From Alphaproteobacteria bacterium (GTDB taxonomy: Bacteria; Pseudomonadota; Alphaproteobacteria; UBA8317): DNA of 64,000 nucleotides. The position numbers and the translations under genes are program-made. The notes beneath the pieces are model-generated. The model ran no database searches and was not told the DNA's origin. It saw only the letters and a list, made by a program, of their open reading frames with translations. The stretch covers positions 1-64,000 of the forward strand of contig JAYPQH010000001.1 in the NCBI GenBank assembly GCA_038131935.1. The letters are read 5' to 3'. Below are positions 22,646 to 32,098 of the stretch, in pieces (the first letter of the stretch is position 1; each line of letters starts with the position of its first letter).

Positions 22646-24610
22646 ATGGCGAAACGCCGACTCAAGCGGGGGGAAGAAGTATCCGTTTGGCCAGGATTTG
22701 TTGATGTCCTTACAGCCATTCTTCTTGTCACAGTCTTTTTACTTGGCATTTTTTTGGTTGCGGAATTTGTTCTCACAAAAGCCCTAAAAGACACGTCTCT
22801 ATCACTTGAAGACGTCACGAGCAAAGTCCAAAGCATGCAAGTGGATATTCAAAATGCTCAAGACGCTTTGGAGGCCAAGCAGCAGGATATTGATCGGGCA
22901 ACATTAGAACTCAAAAATATTGAGGCCAAAAAGAAAAGCCTTACCACAGAGCTCCAACAACTTACGGGGACATTAAAGCTCTCAGAAAAAACGATTGCGC
23001 AACTGCGCTCAGAGCAATCAGCCTTGATAAATGATTTGGAAAAAAGTCAAAAAGAAGAGAACAGCCTCAATGAGAGATTGATTTTTTTGCAGCGTCAATT
23101 GGAAGATGCTGAGCTGCGGGCTTACCAAGATGCTGAACGGTTTCAAAGAATCCAAACTGACTTGGAAGATAATCTGCAGCAAGAACGCGACAAAACACAA
23201 AAATATAGCCAAGACATCGCTTCTTTAAAAAACAATATCATCAGTTTGCAACAAGAACTGCGTGAGGAACGACTCAGACAAAATGCGTCACAACGAACCA
23301 TTGATGCTCTGGAAGCCAAGCAGGCACAATTGGCCATCAATTTGGATGAAACGCAAAAGTCCAATCAAGTACTTGCGCGGCTTGTGGAACAGTTGCGCAC
23401 ACAAAAGCAGCAACTTGATGAAGACCGAGAATTCGTCAAATCACGATTGGATGAAAGTGTGCAAACGCTTGCCCTTTTGCGTGAAGCATCTGAGGAAGCT
23501 TTGCGCAACATGGACATGAAACGTCAGGATGTCGCGGATCAATTGGTACAAGAGCGCAGTATTACAACCAATTTGCGTGCTGAGATCACAAAGCTGGTCA
23601 ATGACATTACACGGCTTAAAACACAAAGGGATGGAGATCGTGAGGAAAAACTAGCACTGCAAACAGAGCTTGCAAAACTCCGCGTTCTTTTGTCAGAAAC
23701 CATTCAATTGAAGGATGACGCCCTTGCAACAAGTGAAAATTTAAAAACAGTATTGGCAAAATTAAACGCTGATATTTTTGATATGTCACAGCAACTTACA
23801 GGTTCACGCAACAAACTCCGCACAAGCTTAGAAAAGCAGCAAAAAACCGCGGAACAGATAGCCATGTTAGAGCTTGATAATCAAACGTTGCGTGCTGCCT
23901 TATTGAAAGCAGAACAACAGCAAACCCTGCTTATTGAGCGCGAACAAGCCTTACATAAAAACACCATCAATGAATTACAGGCCAGCAAAGAAGAGATCGC
24001 CGTCCTTAATGAAACAACATTAAAACTTCAGCTTCGGCTGAGTGTTCTTTCCAATCAGCTTGCCGAAAGTAGACTTCGAGAAAAACAGAACCAGACACAA
24101 ATTGAAAATCTGGGCGCTGAATTGAATGCTGCGCTTGCTGAAAGGGTAGATGAATTAACCCGTTACAGGTCAGATTTTTTTGGCAAAGTTCGCATGGCAC
24201 TTCAACAGGTCAAGGGCATTGAAATCAAGGGTGATAGGTTCGTATTTGGTTCTGAATTGCTGTTTGCGTCAGCCAGTGCACAGTTGAACAGCCGCGGGAA
24301 GTTGGAGCTTAAGAAACTGAGTCAGCAGATCAAAATAGCTATCGATAACCTACCCTCTGACGTTGATTGGATTCTCCGCATAGATGGGCATACAGATAGT
24401 CGGCCCATCCGATCTCCTCTTTACAAAGACAATAGGGAGCTGTCCTTTGCGCGTGCATTGTCTGTTTTGCGCGAACTTGCCGAGCTTGGCCTTCCCAGTC
24501 AAAGGCTCGTGGCATCCGGCTTTGGATCCACCCGGCCAGTTCGCACCGGCAACAGTCCTGAAGACTTTGCAGCCAACCGCCGCATTGAAATCAAGTTAAC
24601 CAGCCCTTAA
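22646..24610 (+). CDS. MotB-like protein: single TM with Asp, very long coiled coil, C-terminal OmpA-like peptidoglycan-binding domain
   Basis: WPGFVDVLTAILLV TM; ~460 aa rich in L/E/Q/K/R without prolines; ELLFASASAQL, RIDGHTD, NRELSFARA, NRRIEIKL. Confidence 0.88.
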   Translation: MAKRRLKRGEEVSVWPGFVDVLTAILLVTVFLLGIFLVAEFVLTKALKDTSLSLEDVTSKVQSMQVDIQNAQDALEAKQQDIDRATLELKNIEAKKKSLTTELQQLTGTLKLSEKTIAQLRSEQSALINDLEKSQKEENSLNERLIFLQRQLEDAELRAYQDAERFQRIQTDLEDNLQQERDKTQKYSQDIASLKNNIISLQQELREERLRQNASQRTIDALEAKQAQLAINLDETQKSNQVLARLVEQLRTQKQQLDEDREFVKSRLDESVQTLALLREASEEALRNMDMKRQDVADQLVQERSITTNLRAEITKLVNDITRLKTQRDGDREEKLALQTELAKLRVLLSETIQLKDDALATSENLKTVLAKLNADIFDMSQQLTGSRNKLRTSLEKQQKTAEQIAMLELDNQTLRAALLKAEQQQTLLIEREQALHKNTINELQASKEEIAVLNETTLKLQLRLSVLSNQLAESRLREKQNQTQIENLGAELNAALAERVDELTRYRSDFFGKVRMALQQVKGIEIKGDRFVFGSELLFASASAQLNSRGKLELKKLSQQIKIAIDNLPSDVDWILRIDGHTDSRPIRSPLYKDNRELSFARALSVLRELAELGLPSQRLVASGFGSTRPVRTGNSPEDFAANRRIEIKLTSP

Positions 24611-24620
24611 AAGCCTCTGG

Positions 24621-26385
24621 TTAGTCTTGTCTAAATTGCAACTCGGCAAGACGCGCGTAGATCCCATCCGCTGCAACCAATTGTTCATGATTGCCCTGCT
24701 CTACGAGCTGACCTTGGTCCAACACAAGAATATGGTCCGCATCACGCACGGTTGCCAACCTATGGGCAATGACCAAGGTGGTACGTCCATGCATGAGATG
24801 CTCTAAAGCTTGTTGTACAGCGACTTCTGACGCTGCATCCAATGATGATGTGGCCTCATCAAGAAGCAAAATTGGCGCATCACGCAACAAAGCCCTGGCA
24901 ATCGCAACACGCTGTCTTTGACCTCCTGAGAGTTTGACACCGCGCTCACCAAGTTCGGTATCATACCCATGGGTAAGCCGACCTACAAATTCATCAACAT
25001 GTGCGGCTTTGGCCGCAGCCATAACTTCTTGCTTTGTGGCATCTGGACGTCCAAACAAAATGTTATCAAACAAACTTCCAGAAAAGATGACGCTGTCTTG
25101 AGGAACCAAGGCAAATTGACTGCGAAGATGGGCCAACCCTAAGCTTCTAACATCAAGATTGTTTAGAAAAATACCCCCTTCGTTCACATCATAAAAACGC
25201 TGCAGAAGCTGGAAAAAAGTGGTCTTACCCGCACCTGATGGCCCAACAATGGCCACTGTTTGACCATCAGGAATGCTTACATTTAAGCCATTGAGAGCTT
25301 GTTCACCAGGTTGAGATGGGTAAGAAAACTTGACATCTTTGAAGCTGATTTCACGGGTTCTACCTTCAAGAAATTGAGGATTTTCTGGGTCACTGATGAT
25401 GGGGTTTGTTGTGAGAATTTCTTGAAGCCGCTCGGTGGCGCCTGCTGCACGCTGTAATTCCCCCCATATTTCAGACAAAGCGCCTACAGACCCGGCAACA
25501 AAGACCGCATACAAGACAAATTGCGTTAGTTCACCTGCACTCATACGTCCCTCGAGGACGTCATAAGCACCAATCCATAAAACACCTGCAATGCCTGTAA
25601 AAATTAACGAAATCACGACAAATGTGAGCATGGATCGCGCCATAATGCGTTGGAAAGCCGCACTTAGTGACAAATTGATACGGTGAGAAAATTTTTGCCT
25701 ATCTACATCTTCATGGACGAATGACTGGGTCAGCGACACAGCACTTAAGGTTTCTGTTGCAAAGGCACTCGCATCAGCAATCTTGTCCTGTGATAAGCGC
25801 GACAAACTGCGGACACGTCGTCCAAAAAAGATAATGGGAACAACAACAATGGGAACCAAAACGAAAACCAACATGGTTAGTTTTGCAGAGGTCAGCAAAA
25901 GCATACTGATGCCGCCCAATAGCAAAACAATATTCCTCAAAGCTATGGAAGCAGATGACCCTACCCCCTTGAATAACAGTCGTATCCGCCGTTAACCGAG
26001 ATAAGACTTCACCAGATTTCATTTGCTCAAAAAATTCTGGTGATAAAGCCAATACATGGGAGAATACGGCTTTGCGTAGGTTTGCCACAACTGTTTCGCC
26101 AAGCTTGGTAACAAAATAGAACCTTACCGCTGTGGAAAATGCCAGCACAAAGGCAACAACCATAAGTGCGAGGAAATAGTCATCTACACTCGCTGAATGC
26201 TCTTGATTGAATCCTTGATCGATAACACCTCGAAATGCCACGGGGACAGCCAAGGTGGCAGCAGCTGCCACCAACAATGCTGCAAATGCCCCAACAAGGA
26301 GTCCTCGATTGGGTTTCAGGAAAGGCCATAAGCTTCGTAATAACTTAGGCGAAGAAATAGGTCGCTGTGTTGCAGATGCTTTCAT
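24621..26385 (-). CDS. MsbA-related ABC exporter, fused permease/ATPase (frameshift near 25964-25968)
   Basis: 6-TM domain, GEVLSRLTADTT, Walker A GPSGAGKT, signature LSGGQRQR, LLLDEATS, IAHRL. Confidence 0.92.
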
Positions 26386-26609
26386 GGATGTACCGAAATT
26401 TGTGCTTTTTATTTTGTTTGCATTCTGTATGTCACATCCACAGACCATGTTGCCAGTGCTTGCTCTTTGATGTAACAGAACCACTTTATAGAAAAATTCA
26501 ACATGATGTCTCTCTTGTCATGAGCCGCCTAGCATATTTTTTCTGCCCTTTAAAAGGGTAAGGCAAAGAGGTCGGTAGATGACAGGATTGTGAAGAAGGG
26601 TATTTGACG

Positions 26610-26831
26610 ATGAAAAGCGAAGGTCATCCAGATTATCATACAATTTCAGTGGTTATGACAGACGGCACCAGCTTTCTGACACGCTCAACCTACGGTAAAG
26701 AAGGCGATACATTGCAACTAGATGTAGACCCCAACACCCATCCTGCATGGACTGGTGGTGGCACCAAGTTGATGGACACAGGTGGTCGTGTATCAAAGTT
26801 CAAAAAACGCTTCGAAGGTTTTGGCATTTAA
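26610..26831 (+). CDS. rpmE: 50S ribosomal protein L31 (no zinc-ribbon cysteines)
   Basis: [23 protein letters not shown]. Confidence 0.97.
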   Translation: MKSEGHPDYHTISVVMTDGTSFLTRSTYGKEGDTLQLDVDPNTHPAWTGGGTKLMDTGGRVSKFKKRFEGFGI

Positions 26832-26923
26832 GCCTTACCCCGATTTACATGGTTCCAGCACATTCGCCAGCTGTTGCAAAAACAGTTTACGCGAAAGCTG
26901 TATGTTTTTAAGGAGACCAATTC

Positions 26924-27616
26924 ATGGCACAACCGTTGATGCCAAAGGCCACAGCCGTTTGGTTGATAGACAATACGTCACTAAGTTTTGAACAAATCGC
27001 TGCGTTTTGTGGCATTCATGTTCTTGAGGTTTCAAGTATTGCTGATGGCGAAGTCGCCCAGGGTATTCGTGGCCTTGATCCCATTTCAACGGGTCTCCTC
27101 TCCCGTGCGGAAATAGAGCGCTGCCAGAATGACCCTACCGCCCCATTGAAAAGCCTAAAAAGGCCCGTGGCAGACCTTCCAGATGTTAAACCACGAGGCA
27201 GTCGCTACACACCTATTTCAAAGCGGCAAGATAAGCCTGATGCCATAAATTGGTTACTACGCCATCATCCAGAGTTGAGCGACAATCAGCTTGTAAAACT
27301 TGTTGGCACAACAAAAACAACGATCTCAGCTGTGCGGGACCGAACACATTGGAACAGCGCAAATCTACGTCTCGTTGACCCAGTTGTTCTAGGACTTTGC
27401 ACCCAGATAGAGCTTGATACTGCGGTGCAGAAAGCCAATGCGAACAAACCTGCCCAGACAGCTGAAGCACCTGCACTCTCACCACTAGAGATGGAATCTG
27501 GGGATGCGACTCATGACAATAAAGATGATGCGTTTGCACCAAGTTTAGATGAACAGACGACAGAAAATGCTAAGTCAGAGGCTATGATATCTGCAGAAAA
27601 TCTGTTTAAAAACTGA
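26924..27616 (+). CDS. trcR: DUF1013 family protein / transcriptional regulator TrcR
   Basis: PLMPKATAVWLIDNTSLSFEQIAAFCG, RYTPISKRQDKPDAI, RTHWN, DPVVLGLCTQIELD. Confidence 0.9.
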   Translation: MAQPLMPKATAVWLIDNTSLSFEQIAAFCGIHVLEVSSIADGEVAQGIRGLDPISTGLLSRAEIERCQNDPTAPLKSLKRPVADLPDVKPRGSRYTPISKRQDKPDAINWLLRHHPELSDNQLVKLVGTTKTTISAVRDRTHWNSANLRLVDPVVLGLCTQIELDTAVQKANANKPAQTAEAPALSPLEMESGDATHDNKDDAFAPSLDEQTTENAKSEAMISAENLFKN

Positions 27617-27630
27617 TTGATGTATTTTAC

Positions 27631-27789
27631 CTAGTGGTTAGCTAAGCGATCACGAAGCTTGAGTTTTTCAGATTTAAGTTTTGCAAGACGAATATGATCC
27701 GGGGATGGCCGCTTCTCCTCCTCGGCAATAGCTTTTTCAAGCTCCGCATGTTTGCGTTCCAGTTCCAGTGCATGGTTTTGGTTGTTCAT
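27631..27789 (-). CDS. DUF465/YdcH family small protein (52 aa)
   Basis: GGAGG RBS before ATG 27789; LERKHAELEKAI...LAKLKSEKLKLRD. Confidence 0.85.
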   Translation of the reverse strand: MNNQNHALELERKHAELEKAIAEEEKRPSPDHIRLAKLKSEKLKLRDRLANH

Positions 27790-27861
27790 ATGGTAACCTC
27801 CATTTGACTGATGTTGGGAATTGAGTTGAACATGGACGCAAAGAAATTGGCAAGGGTAAAG

Positions 27862-28446
27862 ATGACAGAGCGCAGACTTATTGTTGGGATCACGGGTGCA
27901 TCTGGGGTGATTGTTGGCATCAAGCTTTTGGAAATTTGCCAAAAACTTAATGTTCATACCCATCTTATCATGACAAAAGCCGCTGAGATGACTGTCGGGT
28001 ATGAGACGAATTATCACCCTGATGATGTGCGTGCTCTTGCAGGAACCAATCATCTGATTACAGATGTAGGGGCCAATATTGCCAGCGGTTCCTTCCCCAC
28101 CATGGGCATGGTTGTGGTGCCTTGTTCTATCAATAGTCTTTCTGAAATTTCGTTAAGCCTTGCCAGCAATCTCCTCACACGGGCGGCAGATGTTTGCCTC
28201 AAAGAACGTAGACCACTCATTCTTGCGGTAAGAGAAACACCACTTCATACCGGCCATACCAGGCGCATGACAGAGGCAAGTGAAATTGGAGCCATTATCG
28301 CTCCCATGGTGCCACCATTTTACGCAGAGCTGTCTCACCTAGATGATATGTATACGCAGATGGCAGCCAGACTTTTGACAGCTTTTCATTTAGAGGAAAG
28401 CCCTATGAGACGCTGGGGTGAAGAATTACGTAAGGGGCGCCGATAA
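27862..28446 (+). CDS. ubiX: Flavin prenyltransferase UbiX
   Basis: IVGITGASG, IASGS, LLTRAADVCLKERRPLIL, RETPL, PPFY. Confidence 0.95.
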   Translation: MTERRLIVGITGASGVIVGIKLLEICQKLNVHTHLIMTKAAEMTVGYETNYHPDDVRALAGTNHLITDVGANIASGSFPTMGMVVVPCSINSLSEISLSLASNLLTRAADVCLKERRPLILAVRETPLHTGHTRRMTEASEIGAIIAPMVPPFYAELSHLDDMYTQMAARLLTAFHLEESPMRRWGEELRKGRR

Positions 28447-28882
28447 CATCAAAGCAATGCATCATATCCTGATTAAGCTTTGCATACCCCATATCCTCGA
28501 CATGCCGCCGCACAACATCAGATGCGTCCAAACCCATGTCCGGACCACTCGCTTCATGAAGGCCATGCATGATATCAAGCTCTAAGGTGATTTCGGTTTT
28601 TTTTAATCTTTGCCGCATGATTTTTGCATCATCAAAGATATCCCCACTGCGCAACATTTTACGCTGCGCGCGCAACGGCATCACAAACTGACGTATCAAA
28701 ACCATCGCACGGTGATAAGCTTGAGCCTTCACTCTCCAATTTTGATGTTGCGCAAGCCATACGGCATGCAAAAGAATAGGAACCATCAAATGATGGCTAT
28801 CTTGAAGAGATAAACAAGCCTGCATCACATCATGTTTTCCATAATGTTCACGCACCCAACCTTCATAATCAGATAAAGACAC
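28403..28882 (-). CDS. TIGR02444/DUF2390-like protein
   Basis: Y...[10 protein letters not shown]....VPILL..W and V.PLRAQRK pattern; convergent overlap with ubiX. Confidence 0.7.
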   Translation of the reverse strand: MSLSDYEGWVREHYGKHDVMQACLSLQDSHHLMVPILLHAVWLAQHQNWRVKAQAYHRAMVLIRQFVMPLRAQRKMLRSGDIFDDAKIMRQRLKKTEITLELDIMHGLHEASGPDMGLDASDVVRRHVEDMGYAKLNQDMMHCFDVIGAPYVILHPSVS

Positions 28883-28948
28883 TGTTCATTCCTCCAAGAA
28901 AACGTTATACACATGCCTTTTTCGATGGAATTCTACAAGGGAAGCCCA

Positions 28949-29437
28949 ATGCAAGCACAAGTAGGCATCATTATGGGATCACAGTCAGATTGGCCTGTGA
29001 TGTCCTGTGCACGTGATATCCTCTCAACATTGGAGGTCACACATGAATGCAAAATTGTCTCAGCACACCGAACACCCGAGCGTCTGGTAACTTATGCTCA
29101 GACAGCCGTAGAACGAGGTTTAAAGGTGATTATCGCCGGTGCTGGGGGTGCTGCACATTTACCTGGGATGGTTGCCAGTATGACAACATTGCCCGTTTTG
29201 GGGGTCCCTGTAGCCAGTCGACATCTTAAAGGCTTGGACAGTTTACTCTCCATTGTGCAAATGCCAGCCGGTGTGCCGGTGGGAACATTGGCGATCGGTG
29301 AGGCTGGAGCAAAGAATGCGGCCCTTTTGGCCGCATCCATACTCTCCACACATGACCTTGAACTTGCCCAGAGGCTTCAGGATTGGCGAACCCAACAGAG
29401 CAACAATGTTGCAGAAACCCCGGTTGACCCTCAATGA
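28949..29437 (+). CDS. purE: N5-CAIR mutase
   Basis: [36 protein letters not shown]. Confidence 0.98.
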   Translation: MQAQVGIIMGSQSDWPVMSCARDILSTLEVTHECKIVSAHRTPERLVTYAQTAVERGLKVIIAGAGGAAHLPGMVASMTTLPVLGVPVASRHLKGLDSLLSIVQMPAGVPVGTLAIGEAGAKNAALLAASILSTHDLELAQRLQDWRTQQSNNVAETPVDPQ

Positions 29438-30474
29438 GCAAAACAGTTGGTATCATAGGAGGTGGTCAACTTGGACGCATGTTGGCCATGGCTGCAGCAA
29501 AAATTGGTGTACGGCCACACATATTTGCCCCTGAACCTACACCATGTGCGGCAGATGTAGCTCAATTCACGCAAGCCCAATATGATGATGAACGCGCGCT
29601 ACAAGAATGGGCGCGAGCATGCGATGCCATTACCTTTGAATTTGAAAATATTCCAACACGTCACTTAGATGTTCTAAGTGATAAGCTTAGACCACATCAT
29701 TATGCACTTGAGATTTCTCAAAACCGCGTTCGTGAGAAAGAATTCCTACGCAATTTGGATGTACCCTTAGCAGGTTTTTTTCCGGTAAAATCGCGCGAAG
29801 ACCTTCAACAAGCCGCGAATGAACTTCAATACCCCATTGTCCTTAAGTCAGCTGAACTTGGGTATGATGGGAAAGGACAATATGTTTTATCCTCATCCAA
29901 AGATATAGATGAGGCTTTGACAGTAGCTGGTGATGACGCTGTTGCGGAAGCGTGGGTACCATTTGTTGGTGAATTTTCCATCATCGCCGTCTTCGGACAA
30001 CATAACAACGTTGTCTTTTATGATGCTTGCGAAAACATACATCGCAAGCAAATGTTAGCCCATACCCGCCTGCCCGCCAGCATCAACCAAGCTACTGAAG
30101 CCTTAGCGCAAAATTATGTCGCCTCTATCGGAAATGCCTTAGGTTATGTGGGCACGTTAACGGTTGAATTTTTCATGTTGGAAGACCAATCAATCTTAGC
30201 TAATGAGATAGCTCCACGGGTGCATAATTCTGGTCATTGGACCATTGAGGGAGCTTACACATCCCAATTTGAAAACCATATAAGAGCTGTGATGGGGATG
30301 CCCTTGGGCTCAACAAAAAGGCTTGGCAACATATTCATGGAAAATATTGTTGGCCTTGATATGCAAAATTACCGCGAAAACTTACCTGAAGAGGGAAGCT
30401 TCCATGATTACGGGAAGAACCCTCCCAAGGCTGGTCGAAAAATGGGACATCTCACAAAAATATTGCCTTTTTGA
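29434..30474 (+). CDS. purK: N5-CAIR synthetase
   Basis: [40 protein letters not shown]. Confidence 0.97.
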   Translation: MSKTVGIIGGGQLGRMLAMAAAKIGVRPHIFAPEPTPCAADVAQFTQAQYDDERALQEWARACDAITFEFENIPTRHLDVLSDKLRPHHYALEISQNRVREKEFLRNLDVPLAGFFPVKSREDLQQAANELQYPIVLKSAELGYDGKGQYVLSSSKDIDEALTVAGDDAVAEAWVPFVGEFSIIAVFGQHNNVVFYDACENIHRKQMLAHTRLPASINQATEALAQNYVASIGNALGYVGTLTVEFFMLEDQSILANEIAPRVHNSGHWTIEGAYTSQFENHIRAVMGMPLGSTKRLGNIFMENIVGLDMQNYRENLPEEGSFHDYGKNPPKAGRKMGHLTKILPF

Positions 30475-30515
30475 GGGGATGCAAAGCACCATCCAACGTC
30501 GTTCTTGAATATGAC

Positions 30516-31148
30516 TTAACGACGTTGGGGGATACGCCTTAACCAGTGTAAAAGCTCATCCAAAGGCTTCACAGGGTCTGGAATACGTGAAGCAAGTTTG
30601 CCAACACGCATAACCTCTGAAAAGCGTCTCTCCATAAATTCTTGCCAATCACCATCTGGTTGAGATGCCAAGCGAAGACTTGTTGTTTTCAAAATGTAGC
30701 CAAGAAGCATGCGTTTGGTATGATATGACATGTCGGTAGAACGATCACCTGCAGCCAACCAAATAAAATTGGCCATCTCCCGATAAATACCCAACAATTC
30801 GCCATGCCTACCTGGAACAGACATCACGGCAAGACCTCTACGAAAAGCTTCTGGTTGCTCAGCTAGCATCATAAGCCGGGCGAGGGTGAGCTGTTTTACC
30901 CTGACTGTCATGGACGGCTCATCTGCCAAGTTCGGCAATAATGATGCCTCGACCCGCGTATTATCTCGTTGCATCCATAACAAAAATGCATCCATGCCCC
31001 CACGAGGAAAAGCAAGGCGAACAGCAGCAGGAGATATCTCCAACTGTTTTGCCTCTTGCAACATCATTTGCATCGTCCAACCATCAAATGCAGCTGAAGC
31101 AATGATGGGATCAAGCAACTTTTCTTGTATCTCATGCTTATACGCCAT
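30516..31148 (-). CDS. COQ9 family (rpsU-divergently transcribed) protein
   Basis: FDGW, AFPRG, IWLAAGDRSTDMSYHTKR; divergent from rpsU. Confidence 0.88.
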   Translation of the reverse strand: MAYKHEIQEKLLDPIIASAAFDGWTMQMMLQEAKQLEISPAAVRLAFPRGGMDAFLLWMQRDNTRVEASLLPNLADEPSMTVRVKQLTLARLMMLAEQPEAFRRGLAVMSVPGRHGELLGIYREMANFIWLAAGDRSTDMSYHTKRMLLGYILKTTSLRLASQPDGDWQEFMERRFSEVMRVGKLASRIPDPVKPLDELLHWLRRIPQRR

Positions 31149-31189
31149 ATTCCCTCCATATCATTTACCTCTTTCTGCCACGTTAACGC

Positions 31190-31218
31190 TGGACAGAACA
31201 GGGCCAAGCCGTTATATA
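31190..31218 (+). promoter_or_regulatory. Sigma70-type promoter for rpsU
   Basis: TGGACA-N17-TATATA, 35 nt upstream of the GTG start. Confidence 0.55.
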
Positions 31219-31253
31219 AGGCGTTCTTTGTAAAAAACTAACGGAGTCACCGC

Positions 31254-31457
31254 GTGCAGGTACAAGTTCGGGACAATAATGTTGATCAAGCCCTTAAGGC
31301 GCTAAAAAAGAAAATGCAGCGTGAGGGAATTTTTCGTGAAATGAAATTGAGAAATCATTATGAGAAACCTTCTGAAAAGCGGGCCCGCGAAAAGGCTGAA
31401 GCAGTACGTCGCTCGCGTAAATTAGCGCGCAAGCGGGCACAGCGCGAAGGCGTATAA
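31254..31457 (+). CDS. rpsU: 30S ribosomal protein S21
   Basis: [29 protein letters not shown]. Confidence 0.98.
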   Translation: MQVQVRDNNVDQALKALKKKMQREGIFREMKLRNHYEKPSEKRAREKAEAVRRSRKLARKRAQREGV

Positions 31458-31535
31458 AGACACGACCAAAATGACGACATTGTGATGTTGTCACCAGAGT
31501 TCTTAAGAGCTCCAAGTCTCATAAATATTTTGAAT

Positions 31536-31564
31536 GATCCGTTCCCCACTGGAGCGGATTTTTT
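31536..31564 (+). terminator. Rho-independent terminator after rpsU
   Basis: GATCCGTTCC-CCACT-GGAGCGGATT followed by a T-run. Confidence 0.7.
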
Positions 31565-32048
31565 ATGTTAAAATCCATATCGTTGGCAGGCCTTGGAAAG
31601 AAGCCTATCATCAGGCGGTGAATGTGGAGGCTTACAAAAATAGCGACAATATTGTTATGCAAATTGCGCGCTACCTTGCCAATACAAAACTTCAATTCCC
31701 ATATCTCAAACTGCCAATTGCAGCCAAATTCATAGAATTTTGGTCAGAGAGACGAGCATTATGAACGTGAGTTGACGGGAAGATCAGCATCAGCGGCATC
31801 ATTGGATGTCTGTGCTTGGCGCACAGATCGATCCCCTCAAAACATAATCATTTGCGAAAAATGTCTGTAACATGTGAGATATCGGTTCATCGCCCCAATA
31901 CCTCCATCAGCAACCAAAAAAATTCTTCAATGGTTAGAGCAATATTTCATGAAATGTCACCATTTTGGTATGTCTCAACATGGCGTCAGTCCGCTAGGCC
32001 TAAAAAATGTATGACAAAGCCCACAAGCTTTTTAGGGCAAGAACCCAT

Positions 32049-32077
32049 AAAAAAGCCGGCCTATTGGCCGGCTTTTT
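32049..32077. terminator. Bidirectional intrinsic terminator after pntB
   Basis: A6-GCCGGCC-TATT-GGCCGGC-T5. Confidence 0.88.
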
Positions 32078-32098
32078 GGATACATATAACGATATCTA

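Noticed and set aside
22780-24170. SMC or chromosome-segregation protein call for the long coiled coil
   Set aside because: No Walker motifs or hinge; the coil is flanked by a TM and an OmpA-like domain.
21484-24610. Calling the motor pair flagellar motAB or Zorya zorAB
   Set aside because: No flagellar genes or Zorya effectors nearby, core-genome context, and the long stalk is on the B subunit; kept as an unassigned motor.
31778-31850. Peptide EDQHQRHHWMSVLGAQ as a phnG remnant
   Set aside because: Only a short WMSVL resemblance with no supporting flanks or other phn genes; likely chance.
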